Shown piece by piece: positions 1 through 7,492 of a stretch of 12,426 bases of DNA. Source of the DNA: Methanothrix sp. (GTDB taxonomy: Archaea > Halobacteriota > Methanosarcinia > Methanotrichales > Methanotrichaceae). Under the pieces are notes generated by a model that did no database searches, was not told the origin of the DNA, and was given only the letters and a program-made list of their open reading frames with translations. A program made the position numbers and the translations under genes. The stretch lies in the NCBI GenBank assembly GCA_040770465.1, contig JAXGJB010000050.1, forward strand, positions 1-12,426. The letters are read 5' to 3'. How positions within the stretch are numbered: the stretch's first letter is position 1; the number at the start of each line of letters is the position of its first letter.

Positions 1-2376
1 GTCCACCTTCCGGATCGGACCGCTGACGATCGCCTTCCTCTTCCAGTCGATCTCCCAGCCGTACTTCGACTCCAGCTCCTTCATCATATCCTCCTTCCAC
101 TTGAGGGGGAGGTCTGAGGCGTGCCGGACGTAGATCGGCCAGTCTGGAGGCATGCACCCGAAGTACTTCATGCAGATGTCGCAGTAGTGGGTCAGCTTGA
201 TCATCCTGCCCTGGCTGTTGTCGCTGGGCCTGAAGCATAGCTTCGCCATCATCATCATAGCCTCTTCCTTCGTCTCGGCGACGTAGAGGAGGTGTTCAGG
301 AGCGGGCTCGCAGTAGACCTTCGAGCCGTCTCGGGCGTCGATGATCTCCCAGTCCTCCTTCTTGTCGGTCCTGCCGAGGAATGCCCGGCGGTACATGACG
401 CTGTGGGGCTGGACGACGGCGGGAACGCCAAGCCTGTTGAACCCGGTGGCGATGGAGGCGGCCTTCTGAGACATGGCACCCCAGGCGACGCCGCATGCGC
501 CCACCTTGGAGAGGATGTAGTCGGCGATGTCGTCGTAGTTCGCCCTCTCGTTTCTTCCGGCGAATATGGTGGCGACTTTGATGGCAGCGCCGTGGATGTG
601 AGCGTTAGAGACGCAGCTTCCTATGTTGCAGATGTTCCTGCCGTCGAAGCCTCCTGGGAACTGCTCCCAGATCGTCTTGCCGTCCTCGTCAGTGTAGAGG
701 GACATGTCCATCGCCATGCAGCCGGTGGTGGTGACGATGAAGCCCCTGTCCACAAACTCGCGGGCGATGTCGTAGCACTCTTTCGTCCCGTTCGGGTAGT
801 TTGCACATCCGATGATGGCGATGACCCCGGGGATCGTTCCGAGAACCAGGGGTGCGCCGACGCGCCTGATCTCTGTGTCCTTGACGGGACCTCTGCCGGC
901 CCTCATCTTGAACTTCTGGTTTTTGATGTACTCCTGGTTGGCGTAGGCGTAGAGGCTGAGGATCGGTATGTTCTGGGGACATGCCTGCTCGCATCTCCGG
1001 CAGCCGACGCAGATCTCGTAGGTCGTGCTGAGAGGCTCGAGGTTGCCCTTCGCTGCCTCCTGGACGACGTCGCCTATCTTGATGTGGGGGGGACAGACGA
1101 ACTGACAGGTGTGGCAGTAGGTACAGGACTCGGCGTACTTCTTGAACTCCTCCTCAGTGATGAAGGCCTTCGCCCTCTCATCGGCCCGCTTCGGCTTGAC
1201 GGCGATGGCGGTCCGCACGCCGACCTCTCCGGCCTTGACCGGGTCGATGATGGCGACGCCCGGAATCCTGAAGTTCACCAGATCGTCGACGATCTCGTCT
1301 ACGGGATCGTTCGTCCTGTCGGGCAGGCCGAGCATGATCTTCTCATTGGTGGCGATCAGGGGCACCTTCTTTGCTGAACACTCCTGGAGGGCGTTGGTGT
1401 AGACGCACTGTTCGTCGACCATGACGCAGTCCATGACGTCGGCCTCGACCATCTTCCTCCACCAGCCCATGGCTCCCGCGATCTTGGCCTTCGTCCCGAC
1501 CATCCTGTATCTATCGTTGATTATTTCAGGGTAGCCGAGCCCCTCGCCGATCCTGGTGTTGTCGATGGCCGTGCAGCATACGCCTCCGATGTCCACCTTC
1601 TCCCAGAGCTTGTTGTCCTCAGCGTAGAACATAGCCTCAGCGGAGCCCGCCAGGTTGTGGCCGTAGGTGATCAGGATCGCCTTGTTCTTGTCGAGGGTCC
1701 CCATCCCGCACTCGACGAGGGGAGCGTCCTCATCGCCCCGGGGCATGTCGTAGGCGATGATCTGGATCATGTCCGAGACCTCTTTGCCGAGGGAGTCGAG
1801 CATCCCGGCGTGGAGGGCCTTAGACTCGAAGTCCCTGTAGTTTCCTTCCTGGCCGGTGTGGGTGCAGGCCAGAAGCTGAGCAACCTCTTCTTCGACGTAG
1901 CTGAGGACGGGCCCGAACTCCTTCAGGGTCTTGGGCTTGGTTCCGGTGATCGTCCTGGTGAGGGGCGCGTCCACCAGAATCTCGTCGCCCATCTTGAAGG
2001 GAAGATCCCCGAACTTTTCCAGGGTCCAGTGGTAGAGATGTCGGCCGTGAGCGCAGTGAGCTGTGCAGCCCATGAGGACCGCCAGAAGGACGATCCTGCC
2101 CTGCTGAGCTGCCTGGTCAAGGCCGCAGGCACCTCTCGACCGTGTTAGGTCACAAGGGCCGTAGGTACAGAGGGTGCACCGATCACAGATCGGCGAGTAA
2201 AATACCCTGTACCTGTTTATGAGCTTGAAGTCCCAGTCTCGAAGCGTGGCGATGCTCGGGAAGGGGAACGGACCCATCGGTTGGTCCCACTCCTCCACCT
2301 CCTTCACTACCGCGCCGATGTTGATCTGGACATTCTGCATGTCCTCAACGGAAAAGCTGCCTTCCATCTTATCCAT
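1..2376 (-). CDS. cdhA: Acetyl-CoA decarbonylase/synthase (CODH/ACS) complex alpha subunit, 3' end truncated by the window edge
   Basis: Manual translation of the minus strand from ATG at 2376 gives 792 codons with no stop down to position 1: MDKMEGSFSVEDMQNVQINIG...CDRCTLCTYGPCDL...GACG...MGCTAHCAHGRH...TYGHN...GGVCCTAID...VDEQC...CTYCHTCQFVCP...CVGCRRCEQACP...IGCANYP...TTGCMA...IGSCVSNAH...WGAMSQKA...RPSDNSQGRMIKLTHY. These match the B/D-, C-, E- and F-cluster motifs of methanogen CdhA. It is missing from the ORF track because it has no stop in the window. Confidence 0.97.
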   Translation of the reverse strand, partial: MDKMEGSFSVEDMQNVQINIGAVVKEVEEWDQPMGPFPFPSIATLRDWDFKLINRYRVFYSPICDRCTLCTYGPCDLTRSRGACGLDQAAQQGRIVLLAVLMGCTAHCAHGRHLYHWTLEKFGDLPFKMGDEILVDAPLTRTITGTKPKTLKEFGPVLSYVEEEVAQLLACTHTGQEGNYRDFESKALHAGMLDSLGKEVSDMIQIIAYDMPRGDEDAPLVECGMGTLDKNKAILITYGHNLAGSAEAMFYAEDNKLWEKVDIGGVCCTAIDNTRIGEGLGYPEIINDRYRMVGTKAKIAGAMGWWRKMVEADVMDCVMVDEQCVYTNALQECSAKKVPLIATNEKIMLGLPDRTNDPVDEIVDDLVNFRIPGVAIIDPVKAGEVGVRTAIAVKPKRADERAKAFITEEEFKKYAESCTYCHTCQFVCPPHIKIGDVVQEAAKGNLEPLSTTYEICVGCRRCEQACPQNIPILSLYAYANQEYIKNQKFKMRAGRGPVKDTEIRRVGAPLVLGTIPGVIAIIGCANYPNGTKECYDIAREFVDRGFIVTTTGCMAMDMSLYTDEDGKTIWEQFPGGFDGRNICNIGSCVSNAHIHGAAIKVATIFAGRNERANYDDIADYILSKVGACGVAWGAMSQKAASIATGFNRLGVPAVVQPHSVMYRRAFLGRTDKKEDWEIIDARDGSKVYCEPAPEHLLYVAETKEEAMMMMAKLCFRPSDNSQGRMIKLTHYCDICMKYFGCMPPDWPIYVRHASDLPLKWKEDMMKELESKYGWEIDWKRKAIVSGPIRKVD

Positions 2377-2380
2377 CTTC

Positions 2381-2387
2381 TCACCTC
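2381..2387 (-). promoter_or_regulatory. Shine-Dalgarno site of cdhA
   Basis: GAGGTGA on the minus strand, 4 nt upstream of the ATG at 2376. Confidence 0.8.
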
Positions 2388-2428
2388 TTAATGACAAATA
2401 TCCGCGCGCTATAGTGGGTTGATTGCTT

Positions 2429-2446
2429 GATATAAACCTTGTGGGT
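2429..2446 (-). promoter_or_regulatory. Putative archaeal BRE/TATA promoter of cdhA
   Basis: Minus strand reads CCCACAAGG-TTTATATC. The TATA-like box lies ~55 nt upstream of the start codon, implying a ~30-nt leader that contains the SD. Confidence 0.55.
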
Positions 2447-2535
2447 TCTTTGTCAAGCATATGCGAGATTATATTCTCAATTAAATCCACTTAAATGGGT
2501 TTACATATCGTTGAAAGTCCAAAATAATACGAATC

Positions 2536-2679
2536 ATTTTACAAAATATAGACTCTTTTTTTGCCATAAACAGATGATAAAAGCTGCTATTTGAATTAAA
2601 TATTTTACAAAAAAGCACAGAGTTTTCTTTGCGATTTGATGATAATTAAGTGAGGATTTTTGGCAATTATTTTACAAAA
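2536..2679. repeat. Three ATTTTACAAAA boxes at 66/67-nt spacing (degenerate tandem repeat) upstream of cdhA
   Basis: Exact 11-mer at 2536-2546, 2602-2612 and 2669-2679. The first two units also share TTTGCnAT...GATGATAA. Confidence 0.75.
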
Positions 2680-2711
2680 AGGATTCCGCTGTAGATAGAT
2701 TACAGCGGTCC
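2676..2711 (-). terminator. Putative hairpin + oligo-T terminator downstream of aroD
   Basis: Perfect 8-bp inverted repeat CCGCTGTA (2686-2693) / TACAGCGG (2701-2708) with a 7-nt loop. On the minus strand it is followed by AATCC-TTTTT. It lies ~90 nt past the aroD stop. Confidence 0.55.
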
Positions 2712-2800
2712 TACAAGCAAGCCTAATAACCAAAAAGGCAAATCAAAAGGTCGGGATCGGTTTTCGTGATGACGACTTCCGATGATCTGAGAACAGACGA

Positions 2801-3511
2801 TCAGATCAGCAGGTCCAGAGCTCCTCTCAATGTCTTCACCGGAATCTGGCCGGGGGCCGTCGGGATTCCTATGTAGCCGTAGGTGAGGACAGATCCGTAT
2901 ATCGGGGCCACCGCTCGGAGATGTCTGCCCAAATCTCCCATCCCCAAAATAGAGGTGGGGGCCGTAGTATCCAGGAGGAGCCTAAGAAGACCGAGGCAGT
3001 CTTCGAGGGTGGCTGGGGTCACGGCGAACTTGGCGATATCGGCTCCGGCCTCGAACATCTCCGCCAATATCGACCTTGTGGCATTGATGGAAGGCATACC
3101 TTCGAAGTCGTGGTAAGAGATTATCACTGGCCGCTCCACCATCTCCAGGAGGCGGTCGCGCCCCTCGGCCAATAGCTCCACGTCCACCAGGTCCGCCCAG
3201 GCCGAGGCCTCCGCCAGGATCGCGATTCTATCGTCCTCCCCTCCCTGAAACCCGCCCCCCTCCGTCGTCAGTCTGTTGGTGGCGATGATGGGCAGACTGG
3301 TCGCCTCCCGCACTCCTCTTATGACCTTTATCGGGTCGCCGGGGAGGAGGTCGAGCCTCACCTCCACCAGATCTGCTCCGAGCCGCTCTGCAAGGGGCGC
3401 ATTCGTCTCCGCCTCCTCGCCGCTCAGGACTGCCACGATCGCCGGGGCTTCTATCTCCAGGCCTTCGAGGGAGAGCTTTCTTTTGCCGAGCTTCTGCTTC
3501 TTTTCGTTCAT
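2801..3511 (-). CDS. aroD: Type I 3-dehydroquinate dehydratase
   Basis: 236 aa with ADLVEVRLD, IATNRLTTEGG, DLVDVEL, ISYHDF, ADIAKFAV (Schiff-base Lys), GMGDLGRHLR and TAPGQ motifs. Confidence 0.95.
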   Translation of the reverse strand: MNEKKQKLGKRKLSLEGLEIEAPAIVAVLSGEEAETNAPLAERLGADLVEVRLDLLPGDPIKVIRGVREATSLPIIATNRLTTEGGGFQGGEDDRIAILAEASAWADLVDVELLAEGRDRLLEMVERPVIISYHDFEGMPSINATRSILAEMFEAGADIAKFAVTPATLEDCLGLLRLLLDTTAPTSILGMGDLGRHLRAVAPIYGSVLTYGYIGIPTAPGQIPVKTLRGALDLLI

Positions 3512-3576
3512 CTTCTGGTGCCACCCTTCTCTCTCTCTTTATTCCGCGCCCGAGCTTCTCGTCGATCTCAATAGGC

Positions 3577-4701
3577 TCATCTCTCGAGGATGGATTCCTC
3601 GATCTTCATTCCGAAGTGGCGGGCCTTCCCCTCGAAGTGGACCAGAACTTTGTCACCCACCTCGAGGTCGGTCACCGACTTTGGCTTGCCGTCCTCGCCC
3701 ACCAGCTTTATCGTCTCGGCGTTCTGGAGGAGGGTGCTGATAATCTCGCCGTCCACCTCGGCCTCGATCAGCATCAGGGGCCGTTTCTCGATCTTCACCC
3801 TGCCGACGACGGCGGTCTTCGTCCCCCCCTCCTTATCGACGATCGTCACCTCGTCGCCGGCCTTCAGCTCCGAGAGGTACCGGGTCTTCTCGCCGACTTT
3901 GACGTAGGCGTGGACGGCTCCAGCGTTCACCCGGAAGGGGCGGGCGGCGACGTAAGAGCTCTCCTCGGACTCGCTGTGGACGAGGAAGGCGGCTTTCGAC
4001 TGGGAGCCGACGAGCATCCCCTCTCCCGGCCGCATCATGGTGCAGGTGTCGACGCAGACCCTGTCCCCCATTCCGACGGGCCTGACCACGGTCACCATGG
4101 CGGAGACCAGATCGAGCCTCGCCATCCCCGCCTTCTCCGCCAGCTTCTGGACCCTCTTGATCTCCGAGAGGTCCGGCGAATCGAGGAGGATCCCGTCTGC
4201 CCCCTTCTCCAGGGTGGCGAAGTCGACCTCAGCCTCCTCTGCGGTCTTGACGCCGCTGATTATCTTGACCATCTCCCCCTGGAGGCCTGCGATCATGTTC
4301 TCGAGGGGGATCACCTTCCAGTCGGTCCCGACGACCACCAGGTAGTCGACGTTCTTTCCCAGCTCCACCGCGAACTCTTCGTACCTCTTGCTCTTGATCT
4401 CGACGTAGCCCGCCACCGCCCCATCGGCGGCCCGGGCGAGGCTGATGTCCAGAGAGGACCCGAACTCTTCGGGGAGGGGGACCGAGCCGTCACCTTCGCC
4501 GCCGCGGCCTATTATGAGGATGTCTTCTTTTCCCCTCTCGGTCCCGAAGGAGGCGACCCGGATCTCGCCCAGCTTTCTGATCTTGTCGATGTCTTCAGGT
4601 TTTGCCACCACGCAGTCGAACCCGGACTCGAGAGCTGTGGTGATTCTGGGCTTCATCTCCTCCCAGGCGCCATCGCTGGCCATGATCCACTTCTCTTTCA
4701 T
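3577..4701 (-). CDS. aroB': Archaeal 3-dehydroquinate synthase type II (MJ1249-like)
   Basis: 374 aa with DWKVIPLENMIA, LEKGADG, GDRVCVDTC, GEGMLVGS, RPFRVNAGAVHAY, LQNAETIKL and ARHFG motifs. Co-oriented upstream of aroD. Confidence 0.95.
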   Translation of the reverse strand: MKEKWIMASDGAWEEMKPRITTALESGFDCVVAKPEDIDKIRKLGEIRVASFGTERGKEDILIIGRGGEGDGSVPLPEEFGSSLDISLARAADGAVAGYVEIKSKRYEEFAVELGKNVDYLVVVGTDWKVIPLENMIAGLQGEMVKIISGVKTAEEAEVDFATLEKGADGILLDSPDLSEIKRVQKLAEKAGMARLDLVSAMVTVVRPVGMGDRVCVDTCTMMRPGEGMLVGSQSKAAFLVHSESEESSYVAARPFRVNAGAVHAYVKVGEKTRYLSELKAGDEVTIVDKEGGTKTAVVGRVKIEKRPLMLIEAEVDGEIISTLLQNAETIKLVGEDGKPKSVTDLEVGDKVLVHFEGKARHFGMKIEESILER

Positions 4702-4845
4702 GGATCTCGGGATGGGGGCTAAGGTTACTAATTTCTTTTGGACACCCCGGGCGTTCGTCTCGATGACCGGACCGCCGGCGCGATGGTGTGAACCGCCATC
4801 TCGTCCGTGCTACTTAAGAAGGGGGGACGACGATACGAGGAGCAA

Positions 4846-5841
4846 ATGACGGATATGGTCCAGATCCTCATCGAGTCGGCAGCCCTCTCTTTCAGCCTCC
4901 TATCCAAGTCCCTGCCGCCGATTGTTCTGGGGCTGGTGCTGGCAGAGCTGATCGTCGTTTTGAACGCGGCGGAGAGGATCGCCTTCATCGCCAGGCCCAT
5001 AACCAGGTTCTCCCATCTTGGAGATGCCGCCGGGGCGAGCTTCATGATGGCCTTCTTCTCGGCGGCCAGCGCGAACTCCATGCTGGCCGGCTACTACGAC
5101 GACCGGATCATCGAGAAGAGGGAGCTCTTCGTCGCCTCTCTCGTCAACTCTTTTCCCGCCACCACCATGCACTGGAGGTCTCTATTGCCGGTGTTGATAC
5201 CGCTCCTCGGTTTCACGGGCCTCGTCTACTTCGGCCTTTTGATGCTGGTGGGGCTATTGAAGACTGTCCTGGTGATGGTGGCAGGCCGCCTCCTCCTGGA
5301 GGCGAAGACCGGAGATTGCGACATCGGTGCAGACGGTCTCGCCCCCGTCAAAAGGGTAGCTGAACGTTCAAGCCGGGATCGGATGCCCATGAGAGAGGCG
5401 CTGAAGCTCAGCTTTTGGGCCGCAAAGCCGAAGGTGGTGAGGGTGACGAAGATGACGGCGGGGATCATGCTCCTCGTCTCGGTCCTGATCGAGATCGGAG
5501 CCTTCGATGCTCTCTCCCTCCACATGAGCGGGATCCAGAACATCCTGCCCCTGCCGGCGGCGGGGATCAGCATAATAGCCGCCCAGTTCGCGGGGTACGT
5601 CGCCGCCTACACCGTTGCCGGCGGCCTTCTGGCGGCGGGAGAGCTCTCGGGAAAGGAGGTGGTGGTCACCCTGATGATAGGAAACGTCATCACAAGCATA
5701 ACGTGGGCAATTAGGTGGCTGATCCCGTCTCACGCCGGGATCTTCGGACCCCGGATAGGAACGGAGCTGGTGGTCTTCTCGACGGGCCTCAGGGACGTGA
5801 TTATGCTCATCGTCGCCTTCGGGGTGATAGTCCTCTGGTAG
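4846..5841 (+). CDS. Polytopic membrane protein, nucleoside-recognition (Gate) domain family; putative transporter
   Basis: Two hydrophobic halves with ~8-9 TM segments. The Gate-like signature is IAFIARPITRFSHL.DAAGASFMMAFFS..SANSMLA.YY...I.KRE, with a second copy ILPLPAAGISIIAAQF. I prefer ATG 4846 (GAGGAG at 4837-4842) over the track's GTG 4807. Confidence 0.75.
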   Translation: MTDMVQILIESAALSFSLLSKSLPPIVLGLVLAELIVVLNAAERIAFIARPITRFSHLGDAAGASFMMAFFSAASANSMLAGYYDDRIIEKRELFVASLVNSFPATTMHWRSLLPVLIPLLGFTGLVYFGLLMLVGLLKTVLVMVAGRLLLEAKTGDCDIGADGLAPVKRVAERSSRDRMPMREALKLSFWAAKPKVVRVTKMTAGIMLLVSVLIEIGAFDALSLHMSGIQNILPLPAAGISIIAAQFAGYVAAYTVAGGLLAAGELSGKEVVVTLMIGNVITSITWAIRWLIPSHAGIFGPRIGTELVVFSTGLRDVIMLIVAFGVIVLW

Positions 5842-6099
5842 GAGCATAAGCCGAGAAAGCCGATCGGAAAAAAAGCTATGACAATGGGCCTCAAAATACC
5901 ATGGGCCTCAAAGATGGAAACGGGAGCCGGAGGGAAGATTCGCTTCATAGGAGTGATAAATTCCAGAGAGGGGGCTGGCGGAACGGCGGAAGAGCAAGCT
6001 TCCAGATCCCAACGCCGCCCCATTCTGGATATTCAGCTTCCGGCTTCAGATATCAGGTCCGCGATGATGCCGTAGAATGTTCTCCTCTTATTCGGCCTG

Positions 6100-7254
6100 T
6101 CATCCCACCACCGTCAGAGTGTACTGGAATGTGCTGCTCCCGAAAGCTCGGACCTTGATGTAGTAGGTTCCTGGATCCAGATCCTCCTCGATCATCGACC
6201 AGCTCCCTTCTCCATCGTCGTCGTCTGAGGCTATCTCCTCCTCTTCGTCGTCGTAAAGGTGGAGGTAGGAATCGGCGAGGTCGTCTCCAGAGGTCTCTAT
6301 AGTCACTTCCAGGGGCTCAACGACCTCCAGTATGTAGTAATCTGCGTCGTATTCGGGGAGGATGCATCCGGTTGCCGTCAACTCGACCCCTTCGGTCAGG
6401 TTGCCGAGATCCAGGGCCTCGTCGAAGTCGTCGTTGGACTCATTGTCACAATCGAGGTCGAGGAAGGAGATGACCAGGACGTAACCCAGGGTGGAGTCGG
6501 CGTACTCGGACTGGGCGCGAATGGCGTATCTACCGGCAGGGAGATCCGTCGATATGTCGTCGATGCCATCTTCAATGGGGACGTAACCGCCTTCGCTGTC
6601 ATTGTAGGTGTAGAGGACGAGAGATAACGAGTCCACATAGTACCACCAGATATCTTCATCCCCCAAGTCCTCTTCATCCTCGAGTTCGAAGGTCTCGCCG
6701 GTTATCGATACGTAGCCCTGCGACTCCGGCCCGATCTCGAATAGGAAGAAGTCGGTGTCGGCCATCGGATCGATGGATCCGGAGATCATGGTCGTATTGG
6801 CCAGGAGCCCCAGGTCGTGGCCCTCGGAGATGCAGTCGTTGGGCTCGGACTCGGCCATTACGGTTCCGACGGCGATGGTGTAGTTGTCGGTCTCAGAGTA
6901 GATCGAGTCTGCGCGGACGAAGTAGGTCCCGGCCTCAGCCGTCAGCTTGAGGATCTCTTCGTCGTCGTCGAGGTAGCTCATGTTCGCATCGAAGACGACC
7001 AGCCTCATGGAGCTTATGTCTGAAGATATGATCAGATCAGTCGGTGCCTCGACGGTGAACTTGAACCAGTCGATATCGCCGGGATATATTAGGTCCGACT
7101 CATAAGATATCTCGCCGCCTTCTGCCCCGATCGTCCCCAGGTCCGTCGCCCCGTCGGCGACGTCGTCGGTCTCTACATCCTGAGCCAGGACGATACCGAT
7201 TCCTCCCGAAATTAGAAGGATCGTCAAAGATACCATCAATCTGGTATTCATCAT
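6100..7254 (-). CDS. Secreted, highly acidic protein made of three tandem PPC (pre-peptidase C-terminal)-like beta domains
   Basis: Signal peptide MMNTRLMVSLTILLISGGIGIVLA, then three units with the pattern [E/D]xNDxxxxAxDLG...G.I.P..D.D[WFY][FY].[FL].V...L[YF]...[AP]G[TR]Y.[VI]R/K...Y.[IL].[VI]. No catalytic peptidase motif seen. SD-like GAGGGG lies just upstream. Confidence 0.75.
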   Translation of the reverse strand: MMNTRLMVSLTILLISGGIGIVLAQDVETDDVADGATDLGTIGAEGGEISYESDLIYPGDIDWFKFTVEAPTDLIISSDISSMRLVVFDANMSYLDDDEEILKLTAEAGTYFVRADSIYSETDNYTIAVGTVMAESEPNDCISEGHDLGLLANTTMISGSIDPMADTDFFLFEIGPESQGYVSITGETFELEDEEDLGDEDIWWYYVDSLSLVLYTYNDSEGGYVPIEDGIDDISTDLPAGRYAIRAQSEYADSTLGYVLVISFLDLDCDNESNDDFDEALDLGNLTEGVELTATGCILPEYDADYYILEVVEPLEVTIETSGDDLADSYLHLYDDEEEEIASDDDDGEGSWSMIEEDLDPGTYYIKVRAFGSSTFQYTLTVVG

Positions 7255-7290
7255 GTAAATTCCCCTCTACGCAGTATTAAGCGTCAGATC

Positions 7291-7304
7291 CTATATTTAA
7301 TTAG
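7291..7304 (-). promoter_or_regulatory. Putative TATA box of the PPC-domain gene
   Basis: Minus strand CTAATTAAATATAG, ~40 nt upstream of ATG 7254. Confidence 0.4.
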
Positions 7305-7448
7305 TGCTCTCCCGAGAGATCACCCTAAGATCGCCCATTTCATTGAGGCGGTTTCGACGATCGCCCGCCCTCAGTCTTCTTCATCTTCTCCCTCTCTGGG
7401 TTCGGCTTCATCAATAAAAGCCGAAATCGGCTGGTGAAACAGTGAATC

Positions 7449-7484
7449 TTTTTATAGGCTCGGCTCCAGTTCATCATAAGGAGG
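7449..7484 (+). promoter_or_regulatory. Putative TATA box and SD for the repeat-protein gene
   Basis: TTTTTATAGG at 7449-7458 and AAGGAGG at 7478-7484, both downstream of the track's GTG 7442. Confidence 0.5.
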
Positions 7485-7492
7485 AATTCGCG

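Noticed and set aside
292-2148. Long plus-strand ORFs 292..1377 (361 aa) and 1657..2148 (163 aa)
   Set aside because: They are codon-aligned antisense shadows of cdhA. High GC3 suppresses stops on the opposite strand, and the translations have no recognisable motifs.
1-2376. cdhA missing from the ORF track, suggesting a pseudogene or stop-codon recoding (Pyl/Sec)
   Set aside because: I read all 792 codons and found no in-frame stop or frameshift. The gene simply continues past the window edge.
2536-2735. The 66-67 nt period of the ATTTTACAAAA boxes resembles CRISPR repeat+spacer spacing
   Set aside because: Only 11 nt are conserved, there are three copies, there is no GAAAC/GAAAG-type end, and no cas genes are in the window. 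A regulatory or degenerate tandem repeat fits better.
3616-4722. 368-aa plus-strand ORF
   Set aside because: Antisense shadow of the well-supported DHQ synthase II gene.
4782-4800. Small inverted repeat GATGGTG/CGCCATC in the divergent aroB'/Gate spacer
   Set aside because: Short and imperfect; expected by chance in GC-rich DNA.
5878-6158. Small ORFs 5878..6075 and 5901..6158 in the convergent spacer
   Set aside because: No SD or recognisable motif, atypical codon usage, and one overlaps the PPC gene end.
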